A DNA stretch of 64,000 nucleotides from an uncultured Alistipes sp. GTDB lineage: Bacteria > Bacteroidota > Bacteroidia > Bacteroidales > Rikenellaceae. Position 1 is the stretch's first letter. Every line of letters begins with the position of its first letter. The position numbers and the translations under genes were made by a program. The stretch is taken from assembly GCA_964530735.1 (NCBI GenBank), contig CAZGYX010000007.1, forward strand, positions 998-64,997. Direction: 5' to 3'. The notes under the pieces were generated by a model, which was given only the letters and a program-made list of their open reading frames with translations, was not told the origin of the DNA and did not search any database. Shown here one piece after another: positions 1 to 10,167 of this stretch.

Positions 1-297
1 ATCGACTTCGTGCGCCGGCAGCCGGACGACCTTTCTATTGACGAACGGTTCACGGCGCCCGCGTCGCTCGCGCCGACGCCAGAAGAACGCGTCATCAGCC
101 TGCAACAACGCTCGCAGATCGAGGGGTATCTCGACCGGCTGACGCCGCGTTACCGGCAGTTGATCGTGCTGCGGTTTTTCGACGAACTCTCCTACGAGGA
201 AATCGCGGAGAAACTGGCCGTGCCGTTGGGCACCGTGAAAACCCAAATCCACCGCGCCCGCGAACAGATGTGCCGGTTCATCCAAAACGAAAACTGA
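1..297 (+). CDS. ECF-type RNA polymerase sigma-70 factor (5' truncated by window edge)
   Basis: Region 4 signature LSYEEIAEKLAVPLGTVKTQIHRAR; frame open from base 1. Confidence 0.9.
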   Translation: MDFVRRQPDDLSIDERFTAPASLAPTPEERVISLQQRSQIEGYLDRLTPRYRQLIVLRFFDELSYEEIAEKLAVPLGTVKTQIHRAREQMCRFIQNEN

Positions 298-381
298 ACG
301 AGTGTCGCGCGGGCCCGCGATTCAAATCCACGACACACCGCGAGACAGTCCGCGACGCTATCCCCAATACGACCGACAGCG

Positions 382-1005
382 ATGCACACCCTCTTAATAA
401 AATACTTTCCCGAGTTGACGCCGATACAGCAGGAGCGTTTCGCCGCGCTGTCCGGCCTCTACGCCGAATGGAATGCCCGAATCAACGTCGTTTCGCGCAA
501 GGATTTCGACCAGCTCTACCTGCGCCACGTGTTGCATTCGCTGGCTATCGCCAAAGTGTGCGCGTTCGACGCCGGGGCGCGGATTCTCGACGTCGGATGC
601 GGCGGCGGGTTTCCTTCCGTACCGCTCGCGATTCTCTTTCCCGAAGCCCGTTTCACCGCCGCCGATTCCATTCGCAAGAAAATTACGGTCGTCGAGGGCG
701 TGGTCTCCGCGCTCGGGCTGGACAACGTCGAGCCGCGCTGCGTGCGGGTCGAAACGCTCGCCGAACGCTACGATTACGTCGTTTCGCGCGCCGTCACGGC
801 CATGCCGCAGTTCGTGCAGTGGGTCTGGAACAAAATCGAACGCGGCCGGCACGGAACGCTGCCCAACGGCATTCTCTATCTCAAAGGAGGCGATTTGGCC
901 GAAGAACTGGCCCTGACCCGCAAGCGGTGGGACGTCCACGCCATTTCGGATTTTTTCGACGAGGAGTTTTTCGAGACGAAAAAGGTGGTCTATACTGCCC
1001 GCTGA
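382..1005 (+). CDS. rsmG: 16S rRNA m7G527 methyltransferase
   Basis: WNARINVVSR, RHVLHSL, DVGCGGGFP SAM motif, VVSRAV, YLKG. Confidence 0.95.
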   Translation: MHTLLIKYFPELTPIQQERFAALSGLYAEWNARINVVSRKDFDQLYLRHVLHSLAIAKVCAFDAGARILDVGCGGGFPSVPLAILFPEARFTAADSIRKKITVVEGVVSALGLDNVEPRCVRVETLAERYDYVVSRAVTAMPQFVQWVWNKIERGRHGTLPNGILYLKGGDLAEELALTRKRWDVHAISDFFDEEFFETKKVVYTAR

Positions 1006-1060
1006 CGCTCTGTCTGGGGCGATTTTACGGCGGCCTGCCGCATACCGACGGCCGCAAGCG

Positions 1061-1504
1061 CTATTTCTGTTCCCGCTTTTCGTAGCGGTCGAGGACGCTC
1101 CGCAGATTTTTCACGAACGTATCGGCCGACGAGGCGCCTTCGATGCGGCCCCACAGATTGCCCTCCGTGTCGAAAACCAAGTAGAGCGGAATCGACCCGC
1201 GCCCGTATTCGGACAGCAGTTCGCGTCCCAGCGACTGGTCGACGTTGTATTTCGCCGCCACGAAATGACGCGCCATGAACACTCCGACCTCCTCCCGCGA
1301 AAAGACCTGACGCTCCATTGCCCGGCACGGCGGGCACCAGTCGGCATAGAGGTCGATGAAGACCAGCTTGCCCTGTTGCTGCGCCATGCGGCGCACCGAA
1401 TCGGTCGAACCCGTCTCGAAGCGCACCTGCGCCGCGAGCGGCCCGACGGCCGACAATATCCCGACGAGGGCGAACACGACGCCCCGCAACCGCCATTTTT
1501 TCAT
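1061..1504 (-). CDS. Exported thioredoxin-family protein
   Basis: Signal peptide MKKWRL..AAQ; DLYADWCPPC CxxC motif; start trimmed from a longer GC-rich ORF. Confidence 0.85.
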   Translation of the reverse strand: MKKWRLRGVVFALVGILSAVGPLAAQVRFETGSTDSVRRMAQQQGKLVFIDLYADWCPPCRAMERQVFSREEVGVFMARHFVAAKYNVDQSLGRELLSEYGRGSIPLYLVFDTEGNLWGRIEGASSADTFVKNLRSVLDRYEKREQK

Positions 1505-1557
1505 AATTCCAAATTGTTTCCGCAGGCTGTCGAAACAAAAACCGGGCCTTTCGGAGG

Positions 1558-2577
1558 TCATTCGTGCAGGTCGCGTTTGAACGGGCTTTTCAGCCCCTCC
1601 AAATGGGCCCGCAGCCGCTCCGAAAACTCCTCGCGGCGGTGTTTCAGATTGGCCCGCCACCCTTTCCAGCGCGTATAGCGCAACTTTTTTTCGCGGTAGA
1701 TGTCCGCGATCGTCAACAGGATGCCCGTCTCCTCGACGCCGCCGAAATCGGGATTCGACACCGTGTCGAAGACCCGCATCGAGGGCGAAAGGTTCATGTA
1801 GGCATTGATGAGCGGCGGGATGTTTTCGTTGAATTCGCGTATCTTCTGAATCAGGATGCGGTAATTTTCCATGTAGTTTTCGCCCGTGAACAGCTGCTCG
1901 TAATAGGGGTCGTCCAAGTCGAGCGTCAGCGGATCGATTCCCTCGACCAGCCCTTCGCGGTCGGGGAAGTAGCGGCGCAGGAACCAAATCAACGCATTGC
2001 GGGCTACGGTCTTGTACGAAGTGTACATCGTCACCTTGCCGAAGAGGTATTTGGCGCGCGGATTGAGCACGACCAGCGCGCCCAGTCCGTCCCACAGGTT
2101 GTCGAGCGCATACAGGCTCTTGGGGTTCTGCCGCGCCTGATAGGCGCACTGCACGAACGAACGGCCCAACTCGATGGTGCGCGGCAGGTAGCGGCGGCGG
2201 AACCGGTCGCTGAACCGGAAATAGTGCTCCGTCGAGAGGTGTTTGGGGTGTTGCGTCGTGCAGACGATGAAGCGGTAACCGCCGACGATTTCTTCGGCCG
2301 CAGGATCCCACACGATGAGCTGGAAATAGCCGTCTTCGGCCAAATCTTCGGCGTCGATGTCGACTTCGCACCCCGTGCCGCCGCCTGCCCGGCGGAAAGC
2401 CTCCTCGCGCAGACGCCCCACTTCGCGCATCAGGGCGGGGCAGTCGGCCGCAGCGAAGACATAGATTTCGTTGGCGGCCTTGTTCGTCGCACGGACTTTC
2501 CGTTCGGGCGTCAGTTCGGCTTTCAGCAGTTCCCGGGCGACGGGAGGAGCAATGGGTTTTATTCCGTTCGGTTGCAT
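1558..2577 (-). CDS. glsB: GNAT (Acetyltransf_5) N-acyltransferase, GlsB/OlsB-like amino-lipid synthase
   Basis: EVGRLREEAFRRAGGGTG..DID, IVGGYR, IELGRSF, LDNLWDGLG, IPPLINAY; adjacent acyltransferase. Confidence 0.75.
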   Translation of the reverse strand: MQPNGIKPIAPPVARELLKAELTPERKVRATNKAANEIYVFAAADCPALMREVGRLREEAFRRAGGGTGCEVDIDAEDLAEDGYFQLIVWDPAAEEIVGGYRFIVCTTQHPKHLSTEHYFRFSDRFRRRYLPRTIELGRSFVQCAYQARQNPKSLYALDNLWDGLGALVVLNPRAKYLFGKVTMYTSYKTVARNALIWFLRRYFPDREGLVEGIDPLTLDLDDPYYEQLFTGENYMENYRILIQKIREFNENIPPLINAYMNLSPSMRVFDTVSNPDFGGVEETGILLTIADIYREKKLRYTRWKGWRANLKHRREEFSERLRAHLEGLKSPFKRDLHE

Positions 2578-2606
2578 TTCTGTTGTCGCTTGCAGTGCTT
2601 TCCCTG

Positions 2607-2614
2607 CAAATGTA
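2607..2614 (-). promoter_or_regulatory. Bacteroidota -7 promoter element (TACATTTG) upstream of glsB-like gene
   Basis: Matches TAnnTTTG about 30 bp upstream of the ATG. Confidence 0.55.
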
Positions 2615-2620
2615 CGCTTT

Positions 2621-3454
2621 TTAGCGCGATGCCGATTGCGGGCCGAGCGTTTTTTCCAAAAAATAGGTATTTCTACGAATCTGCTCGGTCTGTTCGCGCA
2701 ACGAACCGAGCGACTGCAATTCGGCCACCGAAACGGGCTCGCCGACCGCGATGCGGAAATGTTTGCCCGCCTGCGAGAACATCTCGTCCGGCAGCCACAG
2801 CATTTCGATGTTGAACTTGATGCCCAACGCCTTGCGGCACCGGTCGAGCCGGTAAAAGAAATTCGACAGCCGCCCTTCGACGAACAACGGCACGATCTGC
2901 CGCTGCGAAGCGTAGGCTTTTTTCAGGAAATTGACCTTCCATTCGGTGTCGGCGACTCGTCCGTCGATGCGGCGCGAGCACAATCCGGCCGGAAAGGTCA
3001 GAATCGGCACGTCGCCGAAAAAGGCCTCCTCCATGCGCCGGGCATAGCCGGCATTCTGCGCCCCGTGCTTGTTGACGGGCAGCCACAACGGCCGCAAGGG
3101 TTCGACGTGCATCAGCAAATCGTTGACCACCACGCGCACGTCGCCGAAATGGGCCATCAGTTCGTCGGCCAGCATCATCCCGTCCATCCCGCCGAACGGA
3201 TGGTTCGCGACGAACAGGTAACGTCCGTGCGGGTCGAGGCGGTCGAGCCCCTGCATCTCGTAGGTAACCCCCCACTCCGCGAAGCAGGCGCGGATGAACT
3301 CCTGCGGCGGCAAAGACCAGTAAGCGTCGATGATGTGATTGATTTCCCGTTCGCGGACGGTGCGCCGCAGCCACTCGACGGCCGGACGCGGAATCCAGCG
3401 GGCCAGTCGCGGCGCTTTTTCGGCCAATACGGCGCCGATGTCGATTCGAGGCAT
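2621..3454 (-). CDS. glsA: PlsC-like acyltransferase, GlsA-like O-acyltransferase
   Basis: ANHPFGGMDG (HxxxxD-type motif), FPAGLCSRR; paired with the GNAT gene. Confidence 0.75.
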   Translation of the reverse strand: MPRIDIGAVLAEKAPRLARWIPRPAVEWLRRTVREREINHIIDAYWSLPPQEFIRACFAEWGVTYEMQGLDRLDPHGRYLFVANHPFGGMDGMMLADELMAHFGDVRVVVNDLLMHVEPLRPLWLPVNKHGAQNAGYARRMEEAFFGDVPILTFPAGLCSRRIDGRVADTEWKVNFLKKAYASQRQIVPLFVEGRLSNFFYRLDRCRKALGIKFNIEMLWLPDEMFSQAGKHFRIAVGEPVSVAELQSLGSLREQTEQIRRNTYFLEKTLGPQSASR

Positions 3455-3470
3455 GACGTATGAGAATCTT

Positions 3471-3503
3471 AAAAAAGAGCCCGAACGCATATCGTCCGGG
3501 CTC
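3471..3503 (-). terminator. Intrinsic terminator after the OmpA/TPR lipoprotein gene
   Basis: GAGCCCGGACG/CGTTCGGGCTC stem followed by T6 on the minus strand. Confidence 0.8.
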
Positions 3504-3531
3504 CAAATGTTCGGAATCGAATCGCTGAAAA

Positions 3532-5262
3532 CTACTGAATCGCTTTCAGGTTGGCGTCTTTGGCAGCTTTGGCAGCCAGCTCGGGGTTCTTCGAGACGGC
3601 GCTCTTCAGCTGGGCCTGAGCCGTAGCCTTGTCGCCCTCGCGAACCGCGATTACGGCACGCAGGTAGTCGGCATCGGCCGAGTTGTCGTTGGCAATGGCT
3701 TTCTTGGCCGTTGCGAGGTCGTTGTTCATCACAGCGGCGACAGCCTGATTGTAACCCGTCAGACCCTTCTCGGCAGCCTGATAGTCGCCCGTTGCGGCGG
3801 CATAGGCGGCTTTGCCTTCGGCATCCGTCGCAGCAGCGTATTTCTTGGCTTCGGCGGTGTTGCCGTTGGCCAAGTTGGCCAGCATGAGGTTCTTGTTCAA
3901 ATCGGCCGACGAGTTCAGTTTGGCAGCCTTGGCGAACGATTCCAAAGCAGCGGCTTCCGAACCGGCTTTCGTCTGTGCGATACCGAGGTTGTTCCATACG
4001 CGGGCATCGTCGTATTTCTTCGATGCGGCGGTCAGCACGGCAACCTGCTCTGCAGCGCCGTTAGCCAGCGACTCGGCAGCGTAGAGGTACTCCTCGACGG
4101 TCAGTTCGCCGCCGTTGCGGAGCGCAGCCAGAATCTCGGCGTCGGTTTTGCCCTGAATATCGGTGCTGTTGACGATCTGCGCACGGCGCAATTCGGGAAG
4201 AATCTCGCTCTTCAGCTCGTTGTAGACAGCCGACATGTTCTTGATTTCGCTTTCGCGCTGTGCCGACGAGTTGTAGAGGCTCAACACTTGCAGAATCAGG
4301 TTCTTGTCCTTGATGTTCGATTTCTCGACCAGCTCCTTGAAACCGGCCCAGTCCTCGCCGTAAGCAGCGGCATCGACATCGAGGCCCGTGCCTTTCAGCA
4401 GTTTGGCTACGACTTTCTTGCCGGACTCGCTGCGGGCTTTCGACAGTTTGTCGTTGAATTTCTCGGGACCGTCGGGCGAAGCGTAACCCTTCACGGCGAT
4501 GTTCTGCGTTGCGCGGTCGTTGCCCATCTTCTCTTTGACATCGGCCTTGAACTCGCCGAGGTCGGCCTTGCGCTCGTTCTTCTTCGTCACCTGCGAAGAG
4601 TTGATCGCGTAGAGCAGGTCGGTCTTGTTCACGACGGTGGTCACACGTTTGTAGTTGCTGGCCATCGGAGCCATGACGTCGCCGTATTTCAGGTCTTTCT
4701 GCAATTTGTTCAGACCGTAAGCGACCGTCATACCGAACGACTGTGCCAGTTCCATTTTGGCGGCAGCGTCGTCGCCGGCCAGAATTTCAGCCTCTTTCTT
4801 GGTCGGAATCGCACCGTCGTGCAGGTTTACGAGCGTGAACTCCTTGCACTTGCCGCTGGGGCATTTGATTTCGACGCGCAGCTGGAGTTCGCACTGGTCC
4901 ATACGCGAATCGTAGGGGAACTCGACATGCTGGACGAACTGGCCGCCGGTCTTCGTATCGACGACCGTGTAGTTCTCGTCCACCTTCGTACCCTGATAGT
5001 AGTACGGGGCGGCAGCCAGTTCGCCGCCCTCGAATACCAGCACGGGGGTTACTTTGGCAATGGCTTTGGCATTGAAATACTCCACCGGAATCTTCACCTG
5101 AATGTCGGCGGCGATGACGCCGTTGTTCAGGGCGAGCACTTCGGGAACGACGGCCACCTTGACTTCGTCGCGGTTCAGAGCCATCTCCTTGAAGCAGTTG
5201 CAGCTCGACAGTGCGAGCGCAGCGAACGCGAGCACGAGACTCGACTTCAATAAGTTTTTCAT
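3532..5262 (-). CDS. Lipoprotein with OmpA-like peptidoglycan-binding domain and TPR repeats
   Basis: Lipobox LSSC; GYASPDGPEKFNDKLSKARS OmpA-like motif; Ala-rich TPR helices (WNNLG, DYLRAVIAVR). Confidence 0.8.
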   Translation of the reverse strand: MKNLLKSSLVLAFAALALSSCNCFKEMALNRDEVKVAVVPEVLALNNGVIAADIQVKIPVEYFNAKAIAKVTPVLVFEGGELAAAPYYYQGTKVDENYTVVDTKTGGQFVQHVEFPYDSRMDQCELQLRVEIKCPSGKCKEFTLVNLHDGAIPTKKEAEILAGDDAAAKMELAQSFGMTVAYGLNKLQKDLKYGDVMAPMASNYKRVTTVVNKTDLLYAINSSQVTKKNERKADLGEFKADVKEKMGNDRATQNIAVKGYASPDGPEKFNDKLSKARSESGKKVVAKLLKGTGLDVDAAAYGEDWAGFKELVEKSNIKDKNLILQVLSLYNSSAQRESEIKNMSAVYNELKSEILPELRRAQIVNSTDIQGKTDAEILAALRNGGELTVEEYLYAAESLANGAAEQVAVLTAASKKYDDARVWNNLGIAQTKAGSEAAALESFAKAAKLNSSADLNKNLMLANLANGNTAEAKKYAAATDAEGKAAYAAATGDYQAAEKGLTGYNQAVAAVMNNDLATAKKAIANDNSADADYLRAVIAVREGDKATAQAQLKSAVSKNPELAAKAAKDANLKAIQ

Positions 5263-5350
5263 AAATGAGTTAATTGGTTGTTGTTCAGTTTCTGTTTCGC
5301 AATCGGGCGTCCGCGGGAATCGCACTCCGCGAAGCGCATTTTACACGACG

Positions 5351-5382
5351 CAAATATAAAAAACATATTTCAAAAATGCAAA
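5351..5382 (-). promoter_or_regulatory. Bacteroidota sigma-A promoter TTTG-N20-TATATTTG
   Basis: Both -33 and -7 boxes at canonical spacing upstream of the lipoprotein gene. Confidence 0.65.
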
Positions 5383-5465
5383 AAATACGACATTCCGAGG
5401 CAAACGGCTTTTTTCGAGCCGTCCGTCCCCGGAATGCCGCGTCCGTTTATCGCCGGGAGCGCTGG

Positions 5466-7724
5466 TTATTCCCGATCGTGCTCCCCGTGGTCGTCGCGGT
5501 GTTCGCGGTGCTCGCGCGAATCGTTGCGGTACTCACGCCGCTCGCCGCGTTCGGGACGCGGACGGCGTTCGCGCTCCACATAGCCTTCGGGCTTGGGCAG
5601 CAGCGCTTTGCGCGACAGTTTGAGTTTGCCCGTCTTGGGGTCGACGCCGATCAGCTTCACGTCGATTTCGTCGCCCTCTTTCAGGCCGGTGTCGTCCATC
5701 GTCTCGAAACGCTTGTAGTCGATTTCCGAGATGTGCAACAGCGCATCCTTGCCCGGCATGATTTCGACGAAGGCGCCGAACGCCACGATCGAACGAATCG
5801 TACCGTGGTACGTCTCGCCCACTTCGGGCACGGCCACGATGGCCTTGATGCGGGCCAGTGCGCCGTCGAGCGCCTCTTTGTCCACGCCGAAGATGTCGAC
5901 CAGCCCCTTGTTGTCCACCTCCGTAATGGTAATGGTGGTGTTCGTGGTCTTCTGGATGTCCTGAATGACCTTTCCGCCCGGGCCGATGACCGCCCCGATC
6001 GAATCCTGTGGAATCGTAATCTGCACGATGCGCGGCACGAACGGCTTGTAGTCCGCACGCGGCTCGGCGATGCAGTCGGTCAGGATGTCCAAGATGTGCA
6101 TGCGTCCCTTGCGGGCCTGCTCCAATGCGGCGGCCAGCACCTCGTACGAAAGGCCGTCGACCTTGATGTCCATCTGCGTGGCGGTGATACCGTCGCGGGT
6201 ACCCGTCACCTTGAAGTCCATGTCGCCCAAGTGGTCCTCGTCGCCCAAGATGTCCGACAGCACGGCCCACTTGCCGCTCTCCGAGTCGGAAATCAGGCCC
6301 ATAGCGATACCCGAAACCGGTTTTTTCATCTTGACGCCCGAGTCCATCAGCGCCAGCGTTCCGGCGCAGACCGTAGCCATCGACGACGAACCGTTCGATT
6401 CCAGAATATCCGACACGATGCGCACGGCATAAGGGTTCTCCTCGCCCAGCGGAATCATCGGTTTGAGCGCACGCCAAGCCAAGTGGCCGTGCCCGATTTC
6501 GCGGCGGCTCAAGCCGCGTGCGGCTTTCGCCTCGCCCGTCGAGAAGGGCGGGAAATTATAGTGCAGCACGAATTGTTCGGTACCCTGCACCAGCACTTCG
6601 TCCTTGACCTTTTCGTCCAGCTTCGTGCCGAGCGTCACGGTCGCCAGCGACTGCGTTTCGCCGCGCGTGAAGATCGCCGAACCGTGCGCCGAAGGCAGAT
6701 AGCCCACCTCGCACCAAATGGGACGGATTTCGTCCGTCCGACGGCCGTCGAGGCGTTTGCCCTCGTCGAGAATCATGCGGCGCATGGCCTTTTTCTGCAC
6801 GTCGTCGTGGAAGTATTTGTGGATGAGCGGTGCCTTTTCGGCCAGTTCCTCTTCGGTGTAGCGCGAGGCGAACTCGGCTTCCAGCGCATCGAACATCTCG
6901 CTGCGTTCGTGCTTCATCGTGCCGCTCGTCGCAATGGCGTAGGCCTTGTCGTAAAGCTCTTTGATAATCGTCTGGCGCAGTTCCTCGTCGTTGACCTCGT
7001 GGCAGTAGGTGCGTTTCACGTCCTTGCCGAGCTCTTTCGACAGCTCGATCTGCACGGCGCAGTGTTTTTTGATTTCCTCGTGTGCGAACTTGATGGCCCC
7101 GAGCATGACCTCTTCGGAAACCTCCTTCATTTCGCCCTCGACCATCAGGATGTTGTCGATCGTACCGCCGACCATGATGTCTAAATCGCACTCGGCCATC
7201 TCCGAGAAGCCCGGGTTAATGGCATATTGGCCGTTCTTGCGCACGACGCGCACCTCCGAAATCGGGCCGCCGAACGGGATGTCCGACACGGCCAGCGCGG
7301 CCGAAGCGGCCAGACCGGCCAGCGCATCGGGCTGGATGTCCTTGTCGGCCGAAATCAGGTTGACCGTCACGTAGACTTCGGCGTGGTAGTCCGACGGGAA
7401 CAACGGACGCAGCGCACGGTCGATCAGACGGGCCGTGAGGATTTCCGAGTCGTTGGCCTTGCCCTCGCGTTTCATGAAACCGCCCGGATAACGTCCGGCG
7501 GCGGCGTATTTTTCCTTGTACTCGACTTGCAGGGGCATGAAGTCGGTGTCGGGTTTCGCATCTTTGGCGGCCACTACGGTACCGAGCAACATCGTGTCGC
7601 CCATCTTGACGACCACCGAGCCGTCGGCCTGTTTGGCCAGTTTGCCCGTTTCGATCTCGATCCGGCGACCGTCGCCCAGCGTGATGACCTTGCGGACTGC
7701 ATTGTACAGCTTCTTTTCTTCCAT
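5466..7724 (-). CDS. pnp: Polyribonucleotide nucleotidyltransferase
   Basis: [38 protein letters not shown]; KH and S1 domains. Confidence 0.98.
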   Translation of the reverse strand: MEEKKLYNAVRKVITLGDGRRIEIETGKLAKQADGSVVVKMGDTMLLGTVVAAKDAKPDTDFMPLQVEYKEKYAAAGRYPGGFMKREGKANDSEILTARLIDRALRPLFPSDYHAEVYVTVNLISADKDIQPDALAGLAASAALAVSDIPFGGPISEVRVVRKNGQYAINPGFSEMAECDLDIMVGGTIDNILMVEGEMKEVSEEVMLGAIKFAHEEIKKHCAVQIELSKELGKDVKRTYCHEVNDEELRQTIIKELYDKAYAIATSGTMKHERSEMFDALEAEFASRYTEEELAEKAPLIHKYFHDDVQKKAMRRMILDEGKRLDGRRTDEIRPIWCEVGYLPSAHGSAIFTRGETQSLATVTLGTKLDEKVKDEVLVQGTEQFVLHYNFPPFSTGEAKAARGLSRREIGHGHLAWRALKPMIPLGEENPYAVRIVSDILESNGSSSMATVCAGTLALMDSGVKMKKPVSGIAMGLISDSESGKWAVLSDILGDEDHLGDMDFKVTGTRDGITATQMDIKVDGLSYEVLAAALEQARKGRMHILDILTDCIAEPRADYKPFVPRIVQITIPQDSIGAVIGPGGKVIQDIQKTTNTTITITEVDNKGLVDIFGVDKEALDGALARIKAIVAVPEVGETYHGTIRSIVAFGAFVEIMPGKDALLHISEIDYKRFETMDDTGLKEGDEIDVKLIGVDPKTGKLKLSRKALLPKPEGYVERERRPRPERGERREYRNDSREHREHRDDHGEHDRE

Positions 7725-7790
7725 TTTCTTATTTTAACCTATGTGTGTTGTCTCTCCCGGGGTGCCGCCCGCGCGGCCCGTTCAACGAAA

Positions 7791-7823
7791 TGAAGGCAAC
7801 TCCCCGTGCGGGAATTGCCCTCA
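7791..7823 (-). terminator. Hairpin between rpsO and pnp (terminator or processing stem)
   Basis: GGCAATTCCC/GGGAGTTGCC stem with a weak U tail. Confidence 0.55.
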
Positions 7824-7838
7824 TCTTCTCCTCGCGGA

Positions 7839-8111
7839 TTACTTGCGGAGGTTGAGCATCTTCACGATCGAACGATAGCGCTCGATGTCCACCTCTTTGA
7901 GGTACTCCAACAACTGACGGCGCTTGCCGACCAGACGTAGCAGCGCGCGCTGCGTACCGAAGTCGTGCCGGTTGTTTTTGAGGTGTTCAGTAAGGTGGCT
8001 GATACGGTACGAAAACAACGCGATCTGACTTTCGGGCGAACCCGTGTCGGTGTTAGACTTGCCGTACTGACCGAAAAGCTCCTGCTTTTTCTCTGCTGTT
8101 AAATAAGCCAT
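7839..8111 (-). CDS. rpsO: 30S ribosomal protein S15
   Basis: [15 protein letters not shown]...[16 protein letters not shown]; precedes pnp. Confidence 0.98.
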   Translation of the reverse strand: MAYLTAEKKQELFGQYGKSNTDTGSPESQIALFSYRISHLTEHLKNNRHDFGTQRALLRLVGKRRQLLEYLKEVDIERYRSIVKMLNLRK

Positions 8112-8186
8112 TGTTTTATTAGGATTTAATAAAAGTTCCACGCTACGACGCATTCCCCTTACCGCGAATCACGCCAGCGCGTCCGG

Positions 8187-8194
8187 CAAAGGTA
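8187..8194 (-). promoter_or_regulatory. -7 promoter element (TACCTTTG) of rpsO-pnp
   Basis: TAnnTTTG consensus about 75 bp upstream of the ATG. Confidence 0.65.
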
Positions 8195-8274
8195 CGAAAT
8201 AATCCGTAATTCGCAATTCAAAATCGACAATTTTGCCGTCGTTGCGAGAAAAAATCCTAAATTTGCCGCAGATT

Positions 8275-9297
8275 ATGTTGTACGAGTCCATAAAAAATCG
8301 AGTAGTTGTTGCGGCGGTGCTTCTGTCCGCACTCGCATGGGCGGCCGGATGCCGCGAAAAGGCCGGTTACACGACCGTCGACGGCACGATGCTCGGCACG
8401 ACGCTCCACGTCGTGGCCGACGTGCGGGACGTCACGCCGCAGGAGCTGCGCCGGCGCATCCTCGCGCTCGACGCCGAAGCCAAAGCGTCGATGTCGATTT
8501 TCGATTCGACGTCGCTGTTGAGCCGCCTCAACCGCAACGAGACCGACCGCATCGACCGCCACATCGCCTACAACCTGCGGCTGGCCGACAGCATCGGCGC
8601 ATTGAGCGGGGGGCGTTACGACGTGACCGTCAAGCCGTTGACCGAAGCGTGGGGGTTCGCCGGACGCGAACGCGCCGCCGCGCCGAACCTCGATTCGCTG
8701 CTGGCGTTCGTCGGACGCGACAAGGTGCGCATCGAGGACGGCCGCCTCGTGAAGAGCGACCCGCGCGTGCAGCTCGATTTCAACTCCATAGCCAAAGGTT
8801 ACACGGTCGACCTGCTCGCCGCGCTGGTCGAGGAACTCGGTGCGCGGAACTACATCGTCGACATCGGCGGCGAGCTGCGGTGCCGGGGCGTCAACCCGCA
8901 CGGCGGGACGTGGCGCATCGGCATCGAAACGCCGTTCGACGGCAACATGACCAACGGCGAGTACCTCCAACGCCGCCTGCGGATGACGGAGGGCGGGCTG
9001 GCCACTTCGGGCAATTACCGCCGCTTCTATCTCGACGAAGCGGGCAACAAGGTCGCCCACACCATCGACCCGCGCACGGGCCGCAGCGCAGTGTCGCGGT
9101 TGTTGTCCGTCACGGTCGCCGCGCCGACCTGCGCCGAAGCCGATGCGCTCGGCACGATGTTTCTGGCCATGGGGGCCGACGACGCGCTCGCGGCCGTGCA
9201 GCGCATGCCCGGACTGAAAGTCTATTTCATTCTGGCCGCTACCGACGGAGGTTTCGAGGAATACATCTCCCCGCAAATGAAACAATACATTTACTAA
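8275..9297 (+). CDS. apbE: FAD:protein FMN transferase (lipoprotein)
   Basis: Lipobox AAGC; DFNSIAKGY, DIGGE, ATSGNY, HTIDPRTG, ADALGT. Confidence 0.93.
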   Translation: MLYESIKNRVVVAAVLLSALAWAAGCREKAGYTTVDGTMLGTTLHVVADVRDVTPQELRRRILALDAEAKASMSIFDSTSLLSRLNRNETDRIDRHIAYNLRLADSIGALSGGRYDVTVKPLTEAWGFAGRERAAAPNLDSLLAFVGRDKVRIEDGRLVKSDPRVQLDFNSIAKGYTVDLLAALVEELGARNYIVDIGGELRCRGVNPHGGTWRIGIETPFDGNMTNGEYLQRRLRMTEGGLATSGNYRRFYLDEAGNKVAHTIDPRTGRSAVSRLLSVTVAAPTCAEADALGTMFLAMGADDALAAVQRMPGLKVYFILAATDGGFEEYISPQMKQYIY

Positions 9298-9303
9298 AAT
9301 ACC

Positions 9304-10167
9304 ATGAAAGCCGCATTCCTATATAATAAGCAGTCCGGCAGGGGACGCATCGCCGGCCGCGTGGAGGAAATCCGGGACGTTTTCGCCCGACACGACTACG
9401 AGCTGGAGCCCCTCCCCATCGATTTTAATAAAAATCCGTTCGAGGGACGCGAAGAACTCGACCTCATGGTCGTCGCCGGCGGCGACGGCACGGTCAACTT
9501 CACCGTCAACGCCATGCGCGCCAAAGGGTTGGACATTCCGCTGGGCATCATTCCCGCAGGCACGGCCAACGACTTCGCCGGTGCGCTCGGCATGTCGCAC
9601 GACCCGGTCGAGGCGGCCCGCCAAATCGCGACGGGCGAGGAGATGCGCGTGGACTGCGGATGCGCCAACGGGTTGCATTTCATCAACATTTTCAGTTTCG
9701 GGCTTTTCACGACCACCTCGCAGCGCACCCCCGATGAACGCAAACATAAATTAGGAAAACTGGCCTACCTGCTCGAAGGGGCCAAAGAGTTGCGGACGAT
9801 GCACGTCGTGCCGCTGCAAGTCGATGCCGACGGCGAGCGGTTCGAGGTCGATGCCTTAATGGCGTTGATTTTCAACGGCGAAACGGCCGGCGGATTCCGG
9901 CTGGCACGGGGGTCTTCGCTTCGCGACGGGTTGTTCGATGTGCTGCTGCTCGAAAAGAAGAATTTTTTCCGGTCGATTTTCGCCATGCTGCGCTACCTGC
10001 TGGGCGGCAGCCCCCGAATCGTGCGGCACCTGCGGGCACGGAAACTCGACCTCGTGTCGGCTGTCAACGAGCCGACCGACGTCGACGGACAGCCCGGCGT
10101 CGCCTTTCCGCTCCATATCGAATGCCTCGCGGGAGCGGTGCGGGTGCGTCAGCCGCGCCGTTTGTAG
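9304..10167 (+). CDS. YegS/DAGK-family lipid kinase
   Basis: AGGDGTVN, IPAGTANDFA, DVDGQ. Confidence 0.9.
   Translation: MKAAFLYNKQSGRGRIAGRVEEIRDVFARHDYELEPLPIDFNKNPFEGREELDLMVVAGGDGTVNFTVNAMRAKGLDIPLGIIPAGTANDFAGALGMSHDPVEAARQIATGEEMRVDCGCANGLHFINIFSFGLFTTTSQRTPDERKHKLGKLAYLLEGAKELRTMHVVPLQVDADGERFEVDALMALIFNGETAGGFRLARGSSLRDGLFDVLLLEKKNFFRSIFAMLRYLLGGSPRIVRHLRARKLDLVSAVNEPTDVDGQPGVAFPLHIECLAGAVRVRQPRRL

Noticed and set aside
1505-2371. Long N-terminal extensions given in the ORF track (thioredoxin, glsA, deoC, gcvT, ROK, GH20, ligase)
   Set aside because: They overlap neighbouring genes; downstream ATGs give proper signal peptides or family N-termini
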